A stretch of DNA of 55,464 bases, taken from IMG/VR virus record IMGVR_UViG_3300025806_000001, positions 1-55,464 of that record; one strand, 5' to 3'. How positions within the stretch are numbered: position 1 is the stretch's first letter; each line of letters opens with the position of its first letter. This DNA comes from a virus. Its lineage: Duplodnaviria; Caudoviricetes. The position numbers and the translations under genes were made by a program. Under the pieces are notes generated by a model that was not told where the DNA came from, ran no database searches, and saw nothing but the letters and a program-made list of their open reading frames with translations. Positions 55,312 through 55,464 of the stretch are shown piece by piece.

Positions 55312-55404
55312 CAGCTATGGGGAGTCATGACCCTATACTGCGTAGACTGCCCTTTGTTCGTGACTATATCCGTAAAATATAACAACGGATAGGGGGTAGT
55401 CTAC
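55312..55404 (+). ncRNA. Predicted pseudoknotted structured RNA upstream of the primase gene
   Basis: Three stems plus an 8-bp loop-bulge pairing, deduced by eye. Confidence 0.45.
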
Positions 55405-55464
55405 ACTAATTAGGAGGTAGCCATGTCACTTGCACAAGATTTTTACGATTTATTTAAAGGCAGC
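55338..55464. repeat. Terminal direct repeat, copy 2
   Basis: Identical to 1-127. Confidence 0.95.

Noticed and set aside
55312-55404. Bona fide pistol ribozyme
   Set aside because: Similar topology, but the conserved pistol nucleotides are missing; kept only as an unclassified RNA
55338-55464. 127-bp terminal repeat as a biological terminal repeat
   Set aside because: The length matches a standard assembly k-mer and it cuts through the primase start; it only shows circularity
1-55464. tRNAs, integrase/att sites, diversity-generating retroelement, tape measure protein, introns or inteins
   Set aside because: No cloverleaf, recombinase, reverse transcriptase or tape-measure-like ORF was seen, and PolA, TerL and the helicases look uninterrupted

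Overview
The window is an essentially complete, circularly permuted dsDNA phage genome of about 55,337 bp. Positions 1-127 recur exactly at 55338-55464, which looks like an assembler overlap. Gene content fits a podovirus-like member of Caudoviricetes: TerS, TerL, portal, scaffold, major capsid, nozzle, tail fibre and large ejection proteins, with no tape measure, integrase, tRNA or CRISPR array seen. An alphaproteobacterial, probably marine, host is inferred. Every credible gene is on the + strand except a SNF2-type helicase. The most notable feature is a thymidine-hypermodification locus: an aGPT-Pplase1/amino-acid:DNA-transferase-like gene, a GT-B glycosyltransferase, a dUMP-type thymidylate-synthase homologue, an all-alpha nucleotide-pool protein, PolA, an HD hydrolase and a TagD-like cytidylyltransferase. 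No 5-hmdU DNA kinase is recognisable, which points to an unusual modified base or activation route. Unexplained non-coding architecture includes a GAYAA-N8-TTRTC palindrome at five promoters, a clustered TCCC-N8-G(A/G)(G/A)A motif, a duplicated element bracketing the replication module, inverted GATGA arrays and a paralog pair between terS and terL, and a predicted pseudoknotted RNA upstream of the primase. All family assignments come from motif recognition by eye; no searches were run.
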